Shown: positions 20,645-35,475 of the stretch, in pieces
Position numbering within the stretch: position 1 is the stretch's first letter
Layout: every line of letters starts with the position of its first letter
Program-made: the position numbers and the translations under genes
Source: Candidatus Eiseniibacteriota bacterium
GTDB lineage: Bacteria; Eisenbacteria; RBG-16-71-46; SZUA-252
Length of the DNA: 64,000 bases
NCBI GenBank assembly: GCA_963703225.1
Contig: OY969801.1
Coordinates: 1,792,001-1,856,000, forward strand
Direction of reading: 5' to 3'
Notes under the pieces: generated by a model
Told to the model about the DNA's origin: nothing
Database searches by the model: none
What the model saw: only the letters and a program-made list of their open reading frames with translations

Positions 20645-21402
20645 CGCGGGGGCGCCGCTCCGTCCGTCCCGCCGGGCTTCTTCGCGCGCGCGATGACCGA
20701 GATCCCGCCGAGCTGCTCCGCGATCGCGACCTCGACGAACCCCGCCTCTTCCAGCGCCTTTCCCAGCGCGGCTTGGCCCGGATACGCCCGAAGCGATTCC
20801 ACGATGTGCCAGTAGGTGTCGAGCCTTCCGTGGAGCACCAATCCCCAGAGCGTTCCAAAGAGAAAGAGGTAGGCGAGGCAGAGGCTCCGATACCAACGCC
20901 GAATGGGAAGGCCAAAGTCGAGCGTGACGAGCACGCCGCCCGGACGGAGGGCGCGGAAGGCCGCGTCCGCCCCCGCGCGAAGGTTGTCCAGGTAGCGAAG
21001 ACCGTAGCCGACCAGAATCCCTTCGAACGTCTCCGCCGCGACCGGGAGTGCGTTCAGGTCCCCGCGCGCGAACTCGACTCTCGTGAGCGCGGCGCACTTG
21101 ACCCGAGCGCGCGCGATCATCGCCTGGCTCCGGTCAATGCCGAGGATCATGCCGCGATAGCCCGATTGACGCAGAAGGCTGGGAAAGGCGCCGGTGCCGG
21201 TCGCGAGATCGAGGATCCTCCCGCCGCCGTGATCGGGCGGAAGCAGCTCGATCGCCGTCCGTTTCCAGCGCTCGTCCTGGCCAAAGGAAAGAAGCCGGGT
21301 CAGTCGATCGTAGCGGGGCGCGACCCGGCGGAAGATCGAGTCGACGTACTCGTTTCGGTTCCTGCTATCCTTTGGCCAGTCCTTGAGCCACAATGGTGTC
21401 AT
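20629..21402 (-). CDS. UbiE/MenG-family SAM-dependent methyltransferase
   Basis: FRRVAPRYDRLTRLLSFGQDERWK, ILDLATGTG, YGLR, LRPGGVLVTLDF, IVESLRAYP. Confidence 0.85.
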   Translation of the reverse strand: MTPLWLKDWPKDSRNRNEYVDSIFRRVAPRYDRLTRLLSFGQDERWKRTAIELLPPDHGGGRILDLATGTGAFPSLLRQSGYRGMILGIDRSQAMIARARVKCAALTRVEFARGDLNALPVAAETFEGILVGYGLRYLDNLRAGADAAFRALRPGGVLVTLDFGLPIRRWYRSLCLAYLFLFGTLWGLVLHGRLDTYWHIVESLRAYPGQAALGKALEEAGFVEVAIAEQLGGISVIARAKKPGGTDGAAPPRYKSK

Positions 21403-21443
21403 TCCTGGATGATAATCCCCCTACAGTAAAGGAGAGAGACCCC

Positions 21444-22800
21444 TTGCCATTTGCCGCCCTCGGACTGCCCGCCGCCATCGTGAAAGGCGTCCGTGCCGCC
21501 GGTTACACCGAACCCCTCCCCATCCAACGCAAAGGCGATCCCCGTCGTCCTGAGCGGCAGGGATCTGATCGCCGCCGCGCAGACCGGGACCGGAAAGACC
21601 GCCGCGTTCGTCCTTCCGATCCTGACGCGACTCCTCGACGGCCCGCGGCGGCTCCGCGCCCTGGTGCTCACGCCGACGCGCGAGCTGGCCGCTCAGGTCG
21701 AGACGAACGCGCGGGACTACGCACGCTTCACGAACGTGAACGTCGGCGTCGTCTACGGCGGCGTGCCCCTACCGCCCCAGGAGCGGATGCTCCGCAATCC
21801 CGGGGTGGAGCTGCTCGTCGCCACGCCCGGCCGCCTGCTCGACCTGCACGGGCGGCTCGCGCTGCGCCTCGACTACGTCGAGGTGCTGGTCCTGGACGAG
21901 GCCGACCGCATGGTCGACATGGGCTTCGCGCCCGACCTGCGACGCATCCTCAAGCTGCTCCCGACCGACCGGCAGACGCTCCTCTTCTCCGCGACGATGC
22001 CGCCCGACCTGAACAAGGTCGCCAAGGAAGCGCTGAGGGATCCCGTCCGGATCGACCTCGCGCCGCCGTCGCGGCCGGCCGCGGGGATCACCCAGGCGGT
22101 CTACCCGGTGCCCCGCGTGCTCAAGACCGAGCTCCTCGACGAGCTCCTCTCGCGCACCGAGGTCCGGAGCATGATCGTCTTCACGCGGACCAAGCACGGC
22201 GCCGATCGCCTCGCGCGCCAGCTGGCGAGGCGGAACTTCACCGTCGCGCCGCTCCATGGAAATCGAAGCCAGAGCCAGCGAGAGCGCGCGCTGGCCGACT
22301 TGAAGCGGGGGAGAATCCAGATCCTGGTCGCGACCGATATCGCGTCGCGCGGGATCGACGTCGAGGGAATCTCGCACGTCGTCAACTACGACGTGCCGCA
22401 TACCCCCGAGGATTACGTGCACCGAATCGGGCGCACGGGCCGCGTGGACGCCGTCGGCGACGCGTTCACCCTCATGAGCCCAGAGGAGCAGAAGGACGTC
22501 ATCGCGATCGAGCGGTTCCTCGGGCGGACGATTCCCAGGGTCCTGCTGCCCGACTTCAACTACAAGATGCGGCCGAAGGAGATCGCGCAGAGCGTCGGCT
22601 ACGAGGATCGGGGAGACAGAGACCGCGGACGCGGCCACCGCCCCGCCGGAAAATCCCGATCGCAGGGAGGGTCGCACCATCCGATCCGGCCGACCCAAGC
22701 CGGAAGCCAGACGGGGTCCGGAGGGTCTCAGACCAGCGACTTCGGCCGCCGGCCCAAGCTCATCCGCGGCATCGATCCGCGCCGGAGGGGTCGCCTCTAG
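21444..22800 (+). CDS. DEAD-box RNA helicase (RhlE-like); +1 frameshift near 21531
   Basis: Q-motif (F..LGL...GY.EP.PIQ) in one frame, then AQTGTGKT, PTRELA, TPGRL, DEAD, SAT, HRIGRTGR in the next; AAAGGAG RBS before TTG 21444. Confidence 0.92.
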
Positions 22801-22815
22801 CGCGGCATTCGCATC

Positions 22816-23454
22816 TTGCCCCTCGAATTCGACCTCGACGAGGCGCTCCAAGTCTTGCGGGACGCCGATCCCAAGCTGGCCCAGCTGATCTCGACCGTGG
22901 GTCCGTGCGGATTCAAGAGCCGCGGCGCGGGAAGCCCGTTCGCCGCGCTGGCGGAATCGATCGCGTATCAGCAGCTCACCGGGAAGGCGGCGGCCACGAT
23001 CTTCTCCCGCGTCCTGGCGCTCTACCGCCCGAAGCGGTTCCCCTCGCCGGAGGACTTCCTCGCGACCCCGGATCAGGCGCTGCGGGAAGCGGGGCTTTCC
23101 CGAAGCAAGATCGCCTCGGTCAAGGACCTCTCGGCCAAGGCGTTGGACGGAACGGTCCCGACCCTCGCCCGGCTCCGCCGCCTCGAGGACGAGGAGATCG
23201 TGGAGCGTCTCACCGCGGTCCGGGGCATCGGCCGCTGGACGGTGGAGATGCTGCTCATGTTCCATCTGGGGCGGCCGGATATCCTCCCGGCGGGCGACTA
23301 CGGCGTACGGAAGGGATTTAAGAAGGCGTTTGGGACCCGCGGGCTTCCCACTCCGGCCCAGGTCCTCAAACGCGGAGAGCGATGGAGGCCGTTTCGTTCG
23401 GTCGCGAGCTGGTATCTCTGGCGCGCCATCGACACGCCCGGGGGTCGAGCGTAG
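22816..23454 (+). CDS. DNA-3-methyladenine glycosylase II (AlkA/HhH-GPD family)
   Basis: SIAYQQL, LTAVRGIGRWTVEM (HhH), PAGDYGV, WRPFRSVASWYLW. Confidence 0.9.
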   Translation: MPLEFDLDEALQVLRDADPKLAQLISTVGPCGFKSRGAGSPFAALAESIAYQQLTGKAAATIFSRVLALYRPKRFPSPEDFLATPDQALREAGLSRSKIASVKDLSAKALDGTVPTLARLRRLEDEEIVERLTAVRGIGRWTVEMLLMFHLGRPDILPAGDYGVRKGFKKAFGTRGLPTPAQVLKRGERWRPFRSVASWYLWRAIDTPGGRA

Positions 23455-23460
23455 GGATCG

Positions 23461-26685
<3,225 letters not shown>

Positions 26686-26688
26686 GGG

Positions 26689-27879
26689 TCAGGCGCCGCC
26701 CGGCGTGAGAGCGGGAGACGCAAAGGCCGGGGGCATCCCGACGGCGGGGGCGCGGCGGCCAAGGTCCCGCCGGGACGCCATTTCGACCACGAATTCGCGA
26801 AAGAGGTAGTGGCTGTCGTGGGGGCCCGGGCTTGCCTCGGGGTGGTATTGCACGGAGAAGACCGGCTGGTCCCGGTGTCGGAACCCTTCGACCGTTCCGT
26901 CGTTCAAGTTGATGTGGGTGAGCTCGAACTCCGGATTGGAGAAGAGGTCGGGATCGACGGCAAAGCCATGGTTTTGCGAGGTAATCTCCACCTGGCCGGT
27001 CTTCACGTTCCGGACCGGGTGGTTGGCGCCCCGGTGTCCAAACTTGAGCTTGAAGGTCTTTCCCCCGCAGGCCAGGCCGAGTATCTGATGGCCGAGGCAG
27101 ATGCCAAAGACCGGTACCTCCTCGATCAGCTCGCGAGCCGCCTCGATGGCGTAGTGGCACGGCTCGGGATCTCCGGGGCCGTTGGAGAGAAAGACACCGT
27201 CGGGCCGGAGCGCCAGGGCATCTCTGGCCTTGGTGGTCGCGGGGACGACCGTCACGTCGCAGCCCGACCGGGCCAACATCCGGAGGATGTTCCGCTTCAT
27301 GCCAAAATCGTAGGCGACGACCCGGAAGCGGCCGGCGTCGGGGGCAGCGTCCGGATCATCCATTCGGTGTGGGGCGGCGCAGGTCACCTCGCGGGCCAGG
27401 TCGAGCCCGATCATCGACCGGGCGGCACGGGCCCGCTCCACAAGGGGCCCCGGGGCCATCTCCAAAGTCGAGATCACGCCGCGCATCGCGCCGTGGGTCC
27501 GGATGTGCCGGGTCAGCGCCCGCGTGTCGATTTCGCTGATCCCGACGACCCCGGCCTCATCTAAGTATCGATGGAGCTCACCCGAAGCGCGCCAGGAAGA
27601 GGCCCGGGTCGAGATCTCCCGGACCACAAACCCCGCGACCTGGGGATGAAGCGACTCCACGTCATCCCGATTCACGCCATAATTCCCGATATGGGGGTAG
27701 GTCATCACGACGATCTGGCCGCGGTAGGACGGGTCGGTGAGAACTTCCTGGTAGCCGCAGAGGGCGGTATTGAAGACTACTTCGCCTGAAGTCTCAGAGA
27801 TTCTTCCAAAAGCCTTGCCTTCAAAGAAATTGCCATCTTCCAGGGCGAGAATTGCCGGGGCACCGTCCGTGGCTGACAT
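26689..27879 (-). CDS. carA: Carbamoyl-phosphate synthase small subunit
   Basis: [43 protein letters not shown]. Confidence 0.98.
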   Translation of the reverse strand: MSATDGAPAILALEDGNFFEGKAFGRISETSGEVVFNTALCGYQEVLTDPSYRGQIVVMTYPHIGNYGVNRDDVESLHPQVAGFVVREISTRASSWRASGELHRYLDEAGVVGISEIDTRALTRHIRTHGAMRGVISTLEMAPGPLVERARAARSMIGLDLAREVTCAAPHRMDDPDAAPDAGRFRVVAYDFGMKRNILRMLARSGCDVTVVPATTKARDALALRPDGVFLSNGPGDPEPCHYAIEAARELIEEVPVFGICLGHQILGLACGGKTFKLKFGHRGANHPVRNVKTGQVEITSQNHGFAVDPDLFSNPEFELTHINLNDGTVEGFRHRDQPVFSVQYHPEASPGPHDSHYLFREFVVEMASRRDLGRRAPAVGMPPAFASPALTPGGA

Positions 27880-28017
27880 GGGGCTCCTTGGATCATGAAG
27901 GGCCGCTACGTTCGCACTGGTCGGGGCTCTGTCCCCTCTGGTAGGGGCGAGACCCGGCGGATGATAATCGAGCGCGCCGGCTGGCGCGAGAGAATCTCTA
28001 TCGGAGGGAGCGGATCG

Positions 28018-28527
28018 ATGAAATGGCGAGTGGGAGTGGGGGTTCTCGTCGGCGCGGCGTTGATCGCGGCGGCGCCGGCGGCGTCCGGCAAGATCAAGAT
28101 TTACTCCTCAGCGAAGAAAGGATTTGTCACGGTGAGCAAAGTGGAGAAGTCCAAGAATGAGTGGAAGCAGCTCCTAACGCCGGAGCAATACCGCGTGACC
28201 CGGGAGGCGGGCACCGAGATCGCGTTCACCGGCAAGTACTGGGACAACCACGCCAAGGGAATCTACAAGTGCGTCTGCTGCGGCACCGACCTCTTCTCGT
28301 CCGACACCAAGTTTGAATCGGGCACGGGGTGGCCGAGCTTTTGGGCCCCGATCGCGAAGGAGAATCTGGCCTCCAAGACGGATCAGACGCTCGGCATGGA
28401 CCGAGATGAGATCCGGTGCGCCCGGTGCCAGGCGCACCTCGGGCACGTCTTCGACGACGGCCCCAAGCCGACGGGGCTGCGCTACTGCATGAACTCGACC
28501 GCGCTCAAGTTCGAGGCGTCGAAGTAG
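28018..28527 (+). CDS. msrB: Peptide-methionine (R)-S-oxide reductase with N-terminal signal peptide
   Basis: [69 protein letters not shown] signal; GGAGGGAG RBS. Confidence 0.93.
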   Translation: MKWRVGVGVLVGAALIAAAPAASGKIKIYSSAKKGFVTVSKVEKSKNEWKQLLTPEQYRVTREAGTEIAFTGKYWDNHAKGIYKCVCCGTDLFSSDTKFESGTGWPSFWAPIAKENLASKTDQTLGMDRDEIRCARCQAHLGHVFDDGPKPTGLRYCMNSTALKFEASK

Positions 28528-28566
28528 CCCGGCTATGCCGAACGCACTCGAGGAACGGAGGTGTCC

Positions 28567-29001
28567 ATGAACGTCTGGATCGGAGTTGACGACTCGCCCT
28601 TCTCCAGGGCCGCGGTCGATTACGTGAAGACGGCCGTGTGGCCGAAGGAGACGCGCTTCATCGTCGTCTCGGCATCGGCGCCGGTCTTCATCGGCCCGGG
28701 CGAAGCGGCGGCGCCGGGGGCGATCGCGCAGGTGATTGAGGCACAGGAGACCTACCACCGGGACTTGGCCGATCGAGCCGCGGCGGAGCTCAAGAAGGCG
28801 GGACTCAACGCGGAGGGCCGGATGATTCCGTCCGATCCCCGACCGGCCCTGGTCGAAGGAGCGCGCAGGGACGGAGCCGACCTGATCGTGGTGGGATCAC
28901 ACGGCAGGAGCGGCCTCTCCAAGCTCTTCTTGGGGAGCGTCGCGTCGCACGTCATCGCGCACGCCCACTGCAACGTGCTCGTCGTCAAGAAGCCCGCCTG
29001 A
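28567..29001 (+). CDS. Universal stress protein (UspA family)
   Basis: IGVDDSPFS...ADLIVVGSHGRSGLSKLFLGSVASHVIAHAHCNVLVVK. Confidence 0.92.
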   Translation: MNVWIGVDDSPFSRAAVDYVKTAVWPKETRFIVVSASAPVFIGPGEAAAPGAIAQVIEAQETYHRDLADRAAAELKKAGLNAEGRMIPSDPRPALVEGARRDGADLIVVGSHGRSGLSKLFLGSVASHVIAHAHCNVLVVKKPA

Positions 29002-29054
29002 GGTAGCACCCCCACCCCCAACCCCGCTCGCCGCGGACGTACTATACTTGCGTC

Positions 29055-31305
29055 ATGCGCGAACGGATCGGCTCCTTCCGGCTCCGAGATCGCCTCGGAC
29101 AAGGAGGCATGGGGGTCGTCTACGCCGCGGACGACGAGCGACTGGGGCGGCGGGTCGCCATCAAGATGATCCGGGATGAGGCCGCGGCCGATGGGGCGCG
29201 CGAGCGGTTCTGGCGGGAAGCCCGAGCGGCGGCGCGCATCAATCATCCCAATGTCTGCCAGCTCTACGACGTTGGCGAAGAGGACGGCGAGCTCTGGATC
29301 GCGATGGAGCTCCTGGAGGGGCGACCCCTCGCGGCCAGGCTCGAGGCCGGCCCGCTCCCCCTCGGCGAAGCGGGGCCGATCGCGCTCGGCGTTCTTTCCG
29401 CGCTTCGAGGCCCTTCATCACCATCAGATCATCCACCGCGACCTCAAGCCGACGAATGTGTTTCTCACCCCGCACGGCGTGAAGCTTCTCGATTTCGGGC
29501 TCGCGCGGACGTACCGGGACACCGGCGCCGAGACCGAAATGTCCCTCACCCGAACCGGGTTCGCTGTCGGGACGCCTCGCTACATGGCGCCGGAGCAATG
29601 GAAGGGCGAATTGCTGGACGCCCGGACCGACCTCTTCTCGGTGGGCACGCTCCTCTACGAGATGCTGGCCGGCCAGCCGGCCTTCCCGGGGCATTCCGCC
29701 GGTGAAGTCCGGCACGCGGTGCTCTTCGAAAGCCCGGCGGCCCTATCGGGACCGCCCGCCGTCGCCGCGGTCGACCGCGTCATCCAACGCGCGCTTGCCA
29801 AGAGCCCGCGCGACCGCTATCCCATCGCCCAGGCGATGGCCGAGGATTTGCGGGGGGCGCTGGCGCTTCTCGAGACGGGAGAGGCGACGCGGGCGCGCGC
29901 CGTACGGCGGCTCATCGTGCTCCCCTTTCGCTGCCTCCGTCCCGACCCGGAGTGCGAGTTCCTGACCTTCAGCCTCCCCGACGCCATCATCGCTTCGCTC
30001 GCCGGCATCGAATCGCTGGTGGTTCGGTCTCACCTCTCGGCCGCCCGGTTTGCCGGCGCGACTCCCGACCTGAAGCAGATCGCTCAGGAGGCCGAGGTCG
30101 ACCTCGTGCTCACCGGCACCCTGCTCCGGGCCGGCGACCAGATGCGGGTGGCGACGCAGCTCGTGGAAGCACCGTCGGGGACCGTGGTCTGGACTCATTC
30201 GACGCAGGTCTCGTTGGGCGATCTGTTCCAGCTTCAAGATTCATTGGCCCGGCACATCGTCGACTCCCTGTCGCTTCCCCTCGCCAGCCGGGAGCGGCAG
30301 ACGCTGCAGCGCGACGTCCCGGCGACCGCGAAGGCGTATGAGTTCTACCTCCGCGCGAATCAGCTGGGACGGAACCCGGAAGGGTGGCTGCTGGCCCGGG
30401 ACTTCTACCTCCAATGCCTGGAGGAGGACGCGAACTACGCTCCCGGCTGGGCGCAGCTGGGGCGAATCTACCGGGTGTTGGCCAAGTATCACACCGAGGA
30501 CCAAACCGAAGAGAACTTGCTTCGCGCGGCCGACGCATTCCATCGCGCGCTCTCGATCAATCCCGATCTGTCGCTCGCCCACAATCTCTACGTCTACCTC
30601 GAAGTGGAGATGGGGCGCTGCCAGGAGGCCATGATCCGCCTCCTCGAGAGGGCGCGGCATCGCTCCAACGACGCCGATCTCTATGCCGGCTTGGTGCACG
30701 CGTGTCGGTACTGTGGACTCTTGGAACCCTCCGTGGCCGCATACGAGCACGCCAAGCGTCTCGATCCCTCCGTGCGAACCAGCGCTTGTTACACCTACTA
30801 CATGATGGGTGACTACGATCGCGCGATGGAGTCCGAGCAGGACGATTCGCGCTACATGGCGGCATACGCATTGGCCGCGAAGGGCCAGGTGGAGGAAGCG
30901 ATCGAGATCTACGTCAAGACCCGGGAGCGGATCCAATCGACCCAGGGCCTTGCCATTTACGATTCCCAGCTCGCCGCCCTGTCGGGTAACCGTGAGGCGT
31001 GCATCGAATCGCTTCGGGTCGTCTCGGAATCGACGTTCCGCGATCCGGAGGGCCTCTACTTCACCGCGCGGACGTTCGCGTACCTGCGCGAATCCGAGGA
31101 GGCTCTGCGGGTCCTCCAGCGCGTCGTCGAAGGCGGGTTCTACCAGCCCGCGCGGATGACCCGGGACCCGTGGTTCGACGCGATCCGCGCCGAGCCCGAG
31201 TTCATTCGGCTTCTGCGCCAGGTGGAGGCCAAGCGGCGCGACGCGGTGGCGGCCTACCTGGAGCACGGCGGCGACAAAATCCTCGGAGTCTCCCCGGCAG
31301 GATGA
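29055..31305 (+). CDS. Hanks-type Ser/Thr protein kinase with TolB-like and TPR domains; +1 frameshift near 29405
   Basis: LGQGGMGVVY, VAIK, HPNV in the first frame; HRDLKPTN, DFGLA, GTPRYMAPE, DLFSVG, then LIVLPF and TPR-like helices in the second. Confidence 0.9.
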
Positions 31306-32057
31306 GTCAGCCGTCGGCGGAGGCGATCCTCGCCGAGTTGGTCACGCGCGGGGACGAGCATCCGGAGGATTCCCTTCTCCAATTCGGAAGCCTCCTGAGC
31401 GCGCATCAATACCGGCGGCTTTACGATCTGGTGATTCGTCACGTTTCGGCTGGGGGCCGCGTCCTGGATTGGGGGACGGGCAACGGTCACTTCTCCTACT
31501 TCCTCCAGCGCTCCGGGTATCGGGCGTCGGGGTTCTCGCTCCTGGAAGGCGCGTTCGTCCGCTGGCTTCCCGATCCGGGCTACCCCTTCACCCGCGGGGA
31601 CGAGCGTCAGCCCACCCGCCTTCCCTATCCGGACGGCTCCTTTGACGCGGTCGCGTCGGTCGGCGTTCTCGAGCATGTCCGAGAGACCGGTGGCACGGAG
31701 GCGGGGAGCCTTGGCGAGATCGCGCGGATGCTCAGGCCGGGCGGGATCTTCGTCTGCTACCACCTTCCCAACCGCTGGAGCTGGATCGACTGGGCCGCGC
31801 GGAGGGTGCCGGGGCTGCACCGCCACGATTATCGCTACGAACGCTCCGATATCGAGGCGCTGGCGGCCGGGGCCGGGCTCATCGTCTTGGACGTCCGCCG
31901 TTATGGAATTCTCCCTCGGAACTTCGGGGCACGGCTCCCCCACGCGATCCGCCGGTCGCGCGGCGCGGCCCGGGCCTGGGATTGGATCGACGCCATTCTG
32001 GGCGTTCCCCTCTCGCGCCTCAGCCAGAACTACTACTTCGTGGCGCGAAAGCCCTAG
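31302..32057 (+). CDS. Class I SAM-dependent methyltransferase
   Basis: VLDWGTGNG, LPYPDGSFDAV, VLEHV, LRPGG; ATGA overlap with the kinase stop. Confidence 0.85.
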   Translation: MSQPSAEAILAELVTRGDEHPEDSLLQFGSLLSAHQYRRLYDLVIRHVSAGGRVLDWGTGNGHFSYFLQRSGYRASGFSLLEGAFVRWLPDPGYPFTRGDERQPTRLPYPDGSFDAVASVGVLEHVRETGGTEAGSLGEIARMLRPGGIFVCYHLPNRWSWIDWAARRVPGLHRHDYRYERSDIEALAAGAGLIVLDVRRYGILPRNFGARLPHAIRRSRGAARAWDWIDAILGVPLSRLSQNYYFVARKP

Positions 32058-33266
32058 CCCGAGGACTCCTCCGGCGGCCGCACGGACCGGAAGGCCGAGT
32101 AGAGCAGGACGTCGTAGGCGATCTTCATCCCGGCGCCGATGAAGAGCGGCGCGGCGAGCGATGCTCCCCGCATGAAGAGCCCGGCGAATCCTGGGGCGAT
32201 CGCCCACGCGCTCAAGCGAACGAGGTGCGTCACGCCGGAAGCGAACGTCCGCTCCTCGGGCCGGACCACGGCCATGACGTAGGACTGGCGCGTCGGCACG
32301 TCCATCTCGACCAGCCCCTCGCGGAGAACAAAGAGCGCCGCGGCGATCGGAAAGGTCGGAGCGAACGGCACCGTCACGAGCAGCAGGCTGGACGGAATGT
32401 GGGTGAAGACCATCGTGTTCACGAGCCCGATCCGGCGCGCCAGCCAGGCCGCGCCGACGTGGGAGAGCGCGTTCGCGGCGCGCGCCGCGAAGAAGAGGAC
32501 CCCGACGACCCCCTCGCCCACTCCGAACCGGGTGAAGAAGAAGAGGGAGAGCATCGCGGTCGTCAGGAAACCGCCGCCGAGGCTGTCGAGCGCGAAGAGC
32601 GCGGAGATCCTCGTCACGATCCGCCGCGTCTCCGGGGTGACCGTCGACCTTCTTCGTGGCCTTCGCGGGCTCCGCGGCCGGCGAAAGGCCGCTGTAGAGA
32701 ATCGCGGTCACGAGGAGAAGCAGCGCGTAGAGGCCCGACCGCCCATCGGAGCGATCCCCCTCCGGGAGATGGAGGAGCGGGCCGCAGGAGCGCGGGAAGA
32801 CCGGCCAGCAGCGAGCCGAGCGCGTGTCCCACGTCCTGAACCACGTTGTAGTAGGCGAACGCGTAGGTCCGCCGATCATCGGTCGTCGTCGACGGAAGGA
32901 GCACCTGGTCCAGGATCATCGACGCGCCCCGGTCGCGCCCCATCCCGTTCAGCATCCCGAAGAACGCGGCGAGCCACACGACGACCGGTTGTGCGGCGAG
33001 CGCCACGACCGCGCCGCCCGAGCGCGCCGAGCAGCCCCAGCAGCGACAAGCGCGCGACGCCGGCCGATCCGATCCGCGGCCAGGGTGACGACGAGCGCCG
33101 CGGCGGCGGCGCCGGCCAGCCCCGCGGATACCACCGAGCCGATCGTGGCCGGGTCAAAGCCGAGCTTGGCGAGATGGATCCCGATCAAGACCGCGATCAT
33201 CGCGGTGGCGAGCGCCCGGAGAAACGCCGCCGCGTAGAGGATCGACCGATCGCGCGGGGGCGTCAT
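32054..33266 (-). pseudogene. MFS transporter broken by several frameshifts (pseudogene or sequencing errors)
   Basis: AADRIGRRR (MFS motif A), GMLNGMGRDRG, LFALDSLGGGF, MDVPTRQSYVMAVV are spread over different frames between ~32620 and ~33045. Confidence 0.75.
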
Positions 33267-33290
33267 GGCGTCCGTCGGGGCATCGAGCGG

Positions 33291-34298
33291 CTAACCGGGG
33301 AGTCGCGAGGTGAGGAGGTAGGTTAGGGCCGCCGTGCCGGCGGACGCCGGAATGGTGAGCACCCAGGCCCAGACGATGCGGCCGGCCACGCCCCAGCGGA
33401 CGGCCGAAAGACGCTGGGTCGCGCCGACCCCGACGATCGCGCCAGTGATGGTGTGTGTCGTGGAAACCGGAACTCCGAGATGCGTGGCCCCGAAGAGGCT
33501 GATCGCCCCCGCGGTCTCCGCGCAGAAGCCCCCCACCGGCCGGAGCTTGGTGATGCGCGCCCCCAAGGTGTGGACGATCCTCCAGCCTCCGGATAGGGTG
33601 CCGAGAGCGATCGCCACGCCGCAGATCACCACCACCCATTGGGGGATGTAGAAGTGGTCGATCCGACCGGTGCTGTAGAGGAGGAGCGCGATGACCCCCA
33701 TGGTCTTTTGTGCGTCGTTGCCCCCGTGACCCAATGAATAGAGCGCCGCCGAGACGAGCTGGAGCCGCCGGAAGAGCCGGTCGACGCGCCCCGGCACCGC
33801 GCGCCGAAAGATCCAAGACATCGCGACCATGTTGATGTACGCCAGGATGAGCCCGATCATGGGCGCTACGACGATGAAGACCGCGGTCTTGGTGAGGCCG
33901 GGGAGGATCACCGCTCCCACCCCCTTGTAGCAGAGCGCCGCGCCCACCAACCCGCCAATGAGCGCGTGAGAGGAGGAAGTCGGCAATCCCAGCAACCACG
34001 TGAGCAGGTTCCAGGTGATCGCGCCGGTCAATGCCGAAAGGATGACGTGATTGTTCACGGCCTCGGAGACGATGATTCCCTTCCCCACCATCTTGGCCAC
34101 GGCGACCCCGAGAACGAAAACCGCGAGGAAATTGAAGAAGGCCGCCCAGGCGACCGCGAGCCCGGGCGTCAAGACACGCGTGGAGACGACGGTGGCGATG
34201 GAGTTGGCGGCGTCGTGGAATCCGTTTAGGAAATCGAAGACGAGGGCAACCGCGATGATGGCGAGTATGTAGAGGGAGTTCGGGTCGCCTGGTCCCAC
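33291..34298 (-). CDS. Inorganic phosphate transporter (PiT family)
   Basis: NGFHDAANSIAT, GLPTSSSHALIGG, HGGNDAQKTMG, PVSTTH. Confidence 0.94.
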   Translation of the reverse strand: MGPGDPNSLYILAIIAVALVFDFLNGFHDAANSIATVVSTRVLTPGLAVAWAAFFNFLAVFVLGVAVAKMVGKGIIVSEAVNNHVILSALTGAITWNLLTWLLGLPTSSSHALIGGLVGAALCYKGVGAVILPGLTKTAVFIVVAPMIGLILAYINMVAMSWIFRRAVPGRVDRLFRRLQLVSAALYSLGHGGNDAQKTMGVIALLLYSTGRIDHFYIPQWVVVICGVAIALGTLSGGWRIVHTLGARITKLRPVGGFCAETAGAISLFGATHLGVPVSTTHTITGAIVGVGATQRLSAVRWGVAGRIVWAWVLTIPASAGTAALTYLLTSRLPG

Positions 34299-34311
34299 GC
34301 GCCGGTGGCCG

Positions 34312-34926
34312 TCAGTTGTTCTTGACGACGATCCCCTCCAGGATGTTCGCGACGTCCTCGCAGTCGTCCGTGGTCGCCTCGAGGCGGCCGTAGATCTCCT
34401 TCCACTTGATCAGCTCACGGAAGTCGGTCTCCTCGTGGAACAGCTTGGCGGTGCAATTCCGGGAGATGTGGTCGGCCTCGTTCTCCAAATGATTGATCTG
34501 AATGCAGAATTCGCTGATCGTCCGCAGGTCGGTCAGGTGCTTCACCGCCTCGACGATGGCCCCGCAGGCCTGCTCGATGATCGACGTCAGCTGAAGGGTC
34601 TCCGGCGTCACCGAGCGGATATTGAAGAGCGTCAGGCGGCTGGAGACGCCCTCGATGTTGTCCAGCACGTCGTCGAGCGCGCTCGCGAGCGCGTGAATGT
34701 CCTCGCGGTCGAAGGGGGTGATGAACGTGCGGTTGAGCTTGTCGATGATGTCATGCGTGATGTGGTCGGCCTGTGTCTCGAGGACCTTGATATGGCGGGC
34801 CTTCTCCTCGATCTGATCGTAATTCCGAGTCATCTCGTGGAGCGCGCGGGCGGCTTCGTGGACCTTGGCCGCCTGGGCTTCGAAGAGCTCGAAGAATCGC
34901 CCTTCTTTGGGGAGCAGACGCAGCAT
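34312..34926 (-). CDS. DUF47 / PhoU-like phosphate transport regulator
   Basis: FITPFDREDIHAL, LENEAD, IKWKEIY..LE.ATDDCEDVAN; directly upstream of pit. Confidence 0.92.
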   Translation of the reverse strand: MLRLLPKEGRFFELFEAQAAKVHEAARALHEMTRNYDQIEEKARHIKVLETQADHITHDIIDKLNRTFITPFDREDIHALASALDDVLDNIEGVSSRLTLFNIRSVTPETLQLTSIIEQACGAIVEAVKHLTDLRTISEFCIQINHLENEADHISRNCTAKLFHEETDFRELIKWKEIYGRLEATTDDCEDVANILEGIVVKNN

Positions 34927-34996
34927 AACGGGGTCGATTTATACATCAGGCGCGCCAGGGTGTCCACTCACCCGATGTCGACCGGAGAGGGCGCCG

Positions 34997-35425
34997 CTAC
35001 GGTGTCGACGCGGGCGATCTGGAGCGAATCGCGGCGCGGAGATCCCGCGTCCATCCCTCCGCGTCATCGGAAGGAACAAAGGACCATATCTCGGCCGATT
35101 GGCCCGTTCCCGCACAGACGCGGACGCGCCCCTGCCGGCGCTCGACGTCGCAAACCCGTCGGGTGTGTGGATTGATCTCCAGTCCTACCTTCTCGTTCTT
35201 GTGGATGTATACGGTTTGGCGCGTGACGACGATCGATGCGATCCGGTCCTCCCACCCAGCCGCGCGCGTTCCCAGCCCGTGCGTGTAGCGAAAGACGATG
35301 TTGTCGGCGCGGCGGACGATGCCTTCGGCGGCGAATCGCGCGGTGAGCACTTTGCTGAGCCGACTGGTGTCCTGCGCACAGCCCAAAAGCGCGATCGCCA
35401 CGGCGAGCCCGGCGCCGAAGGGCAC
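34997..35425 (-). CDS. Hypothetical lipoprotein, possibly PH-like fold
   Basis: Lipobox LLGC after a hydrophobic stretch; beta-rich core ending in helix AEGWTRDLRAAI; start could extend to 35461. Confidence 0.5.
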   Translation of the reverse strand: MPFGAGLAVAIALLGCAQDTSRLSKVLTARFAAEGIVRRADNIVFRYTHGLGTRAAGWEDRIASIVVTRQTVYIHKNEKVGLEINPHTRRVCDVERRQGRVRVCAGTGQSAEIWSFVPSDDAEGWTRDLRAAIRSRSPASTP

Positions 35426-35475
35426 CCTTCCCTTGCATTTCAACCCTCCGATCGCCACCATCAGTCCATTACGCC

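Noticed and set aside
18970..23321. Long Arg-rich ORFs 18970-21429 and 21393-23321
   Set aside because: Alternative frames of real genes; only the first part of the second ORF (helicase Q-motif) is genuine
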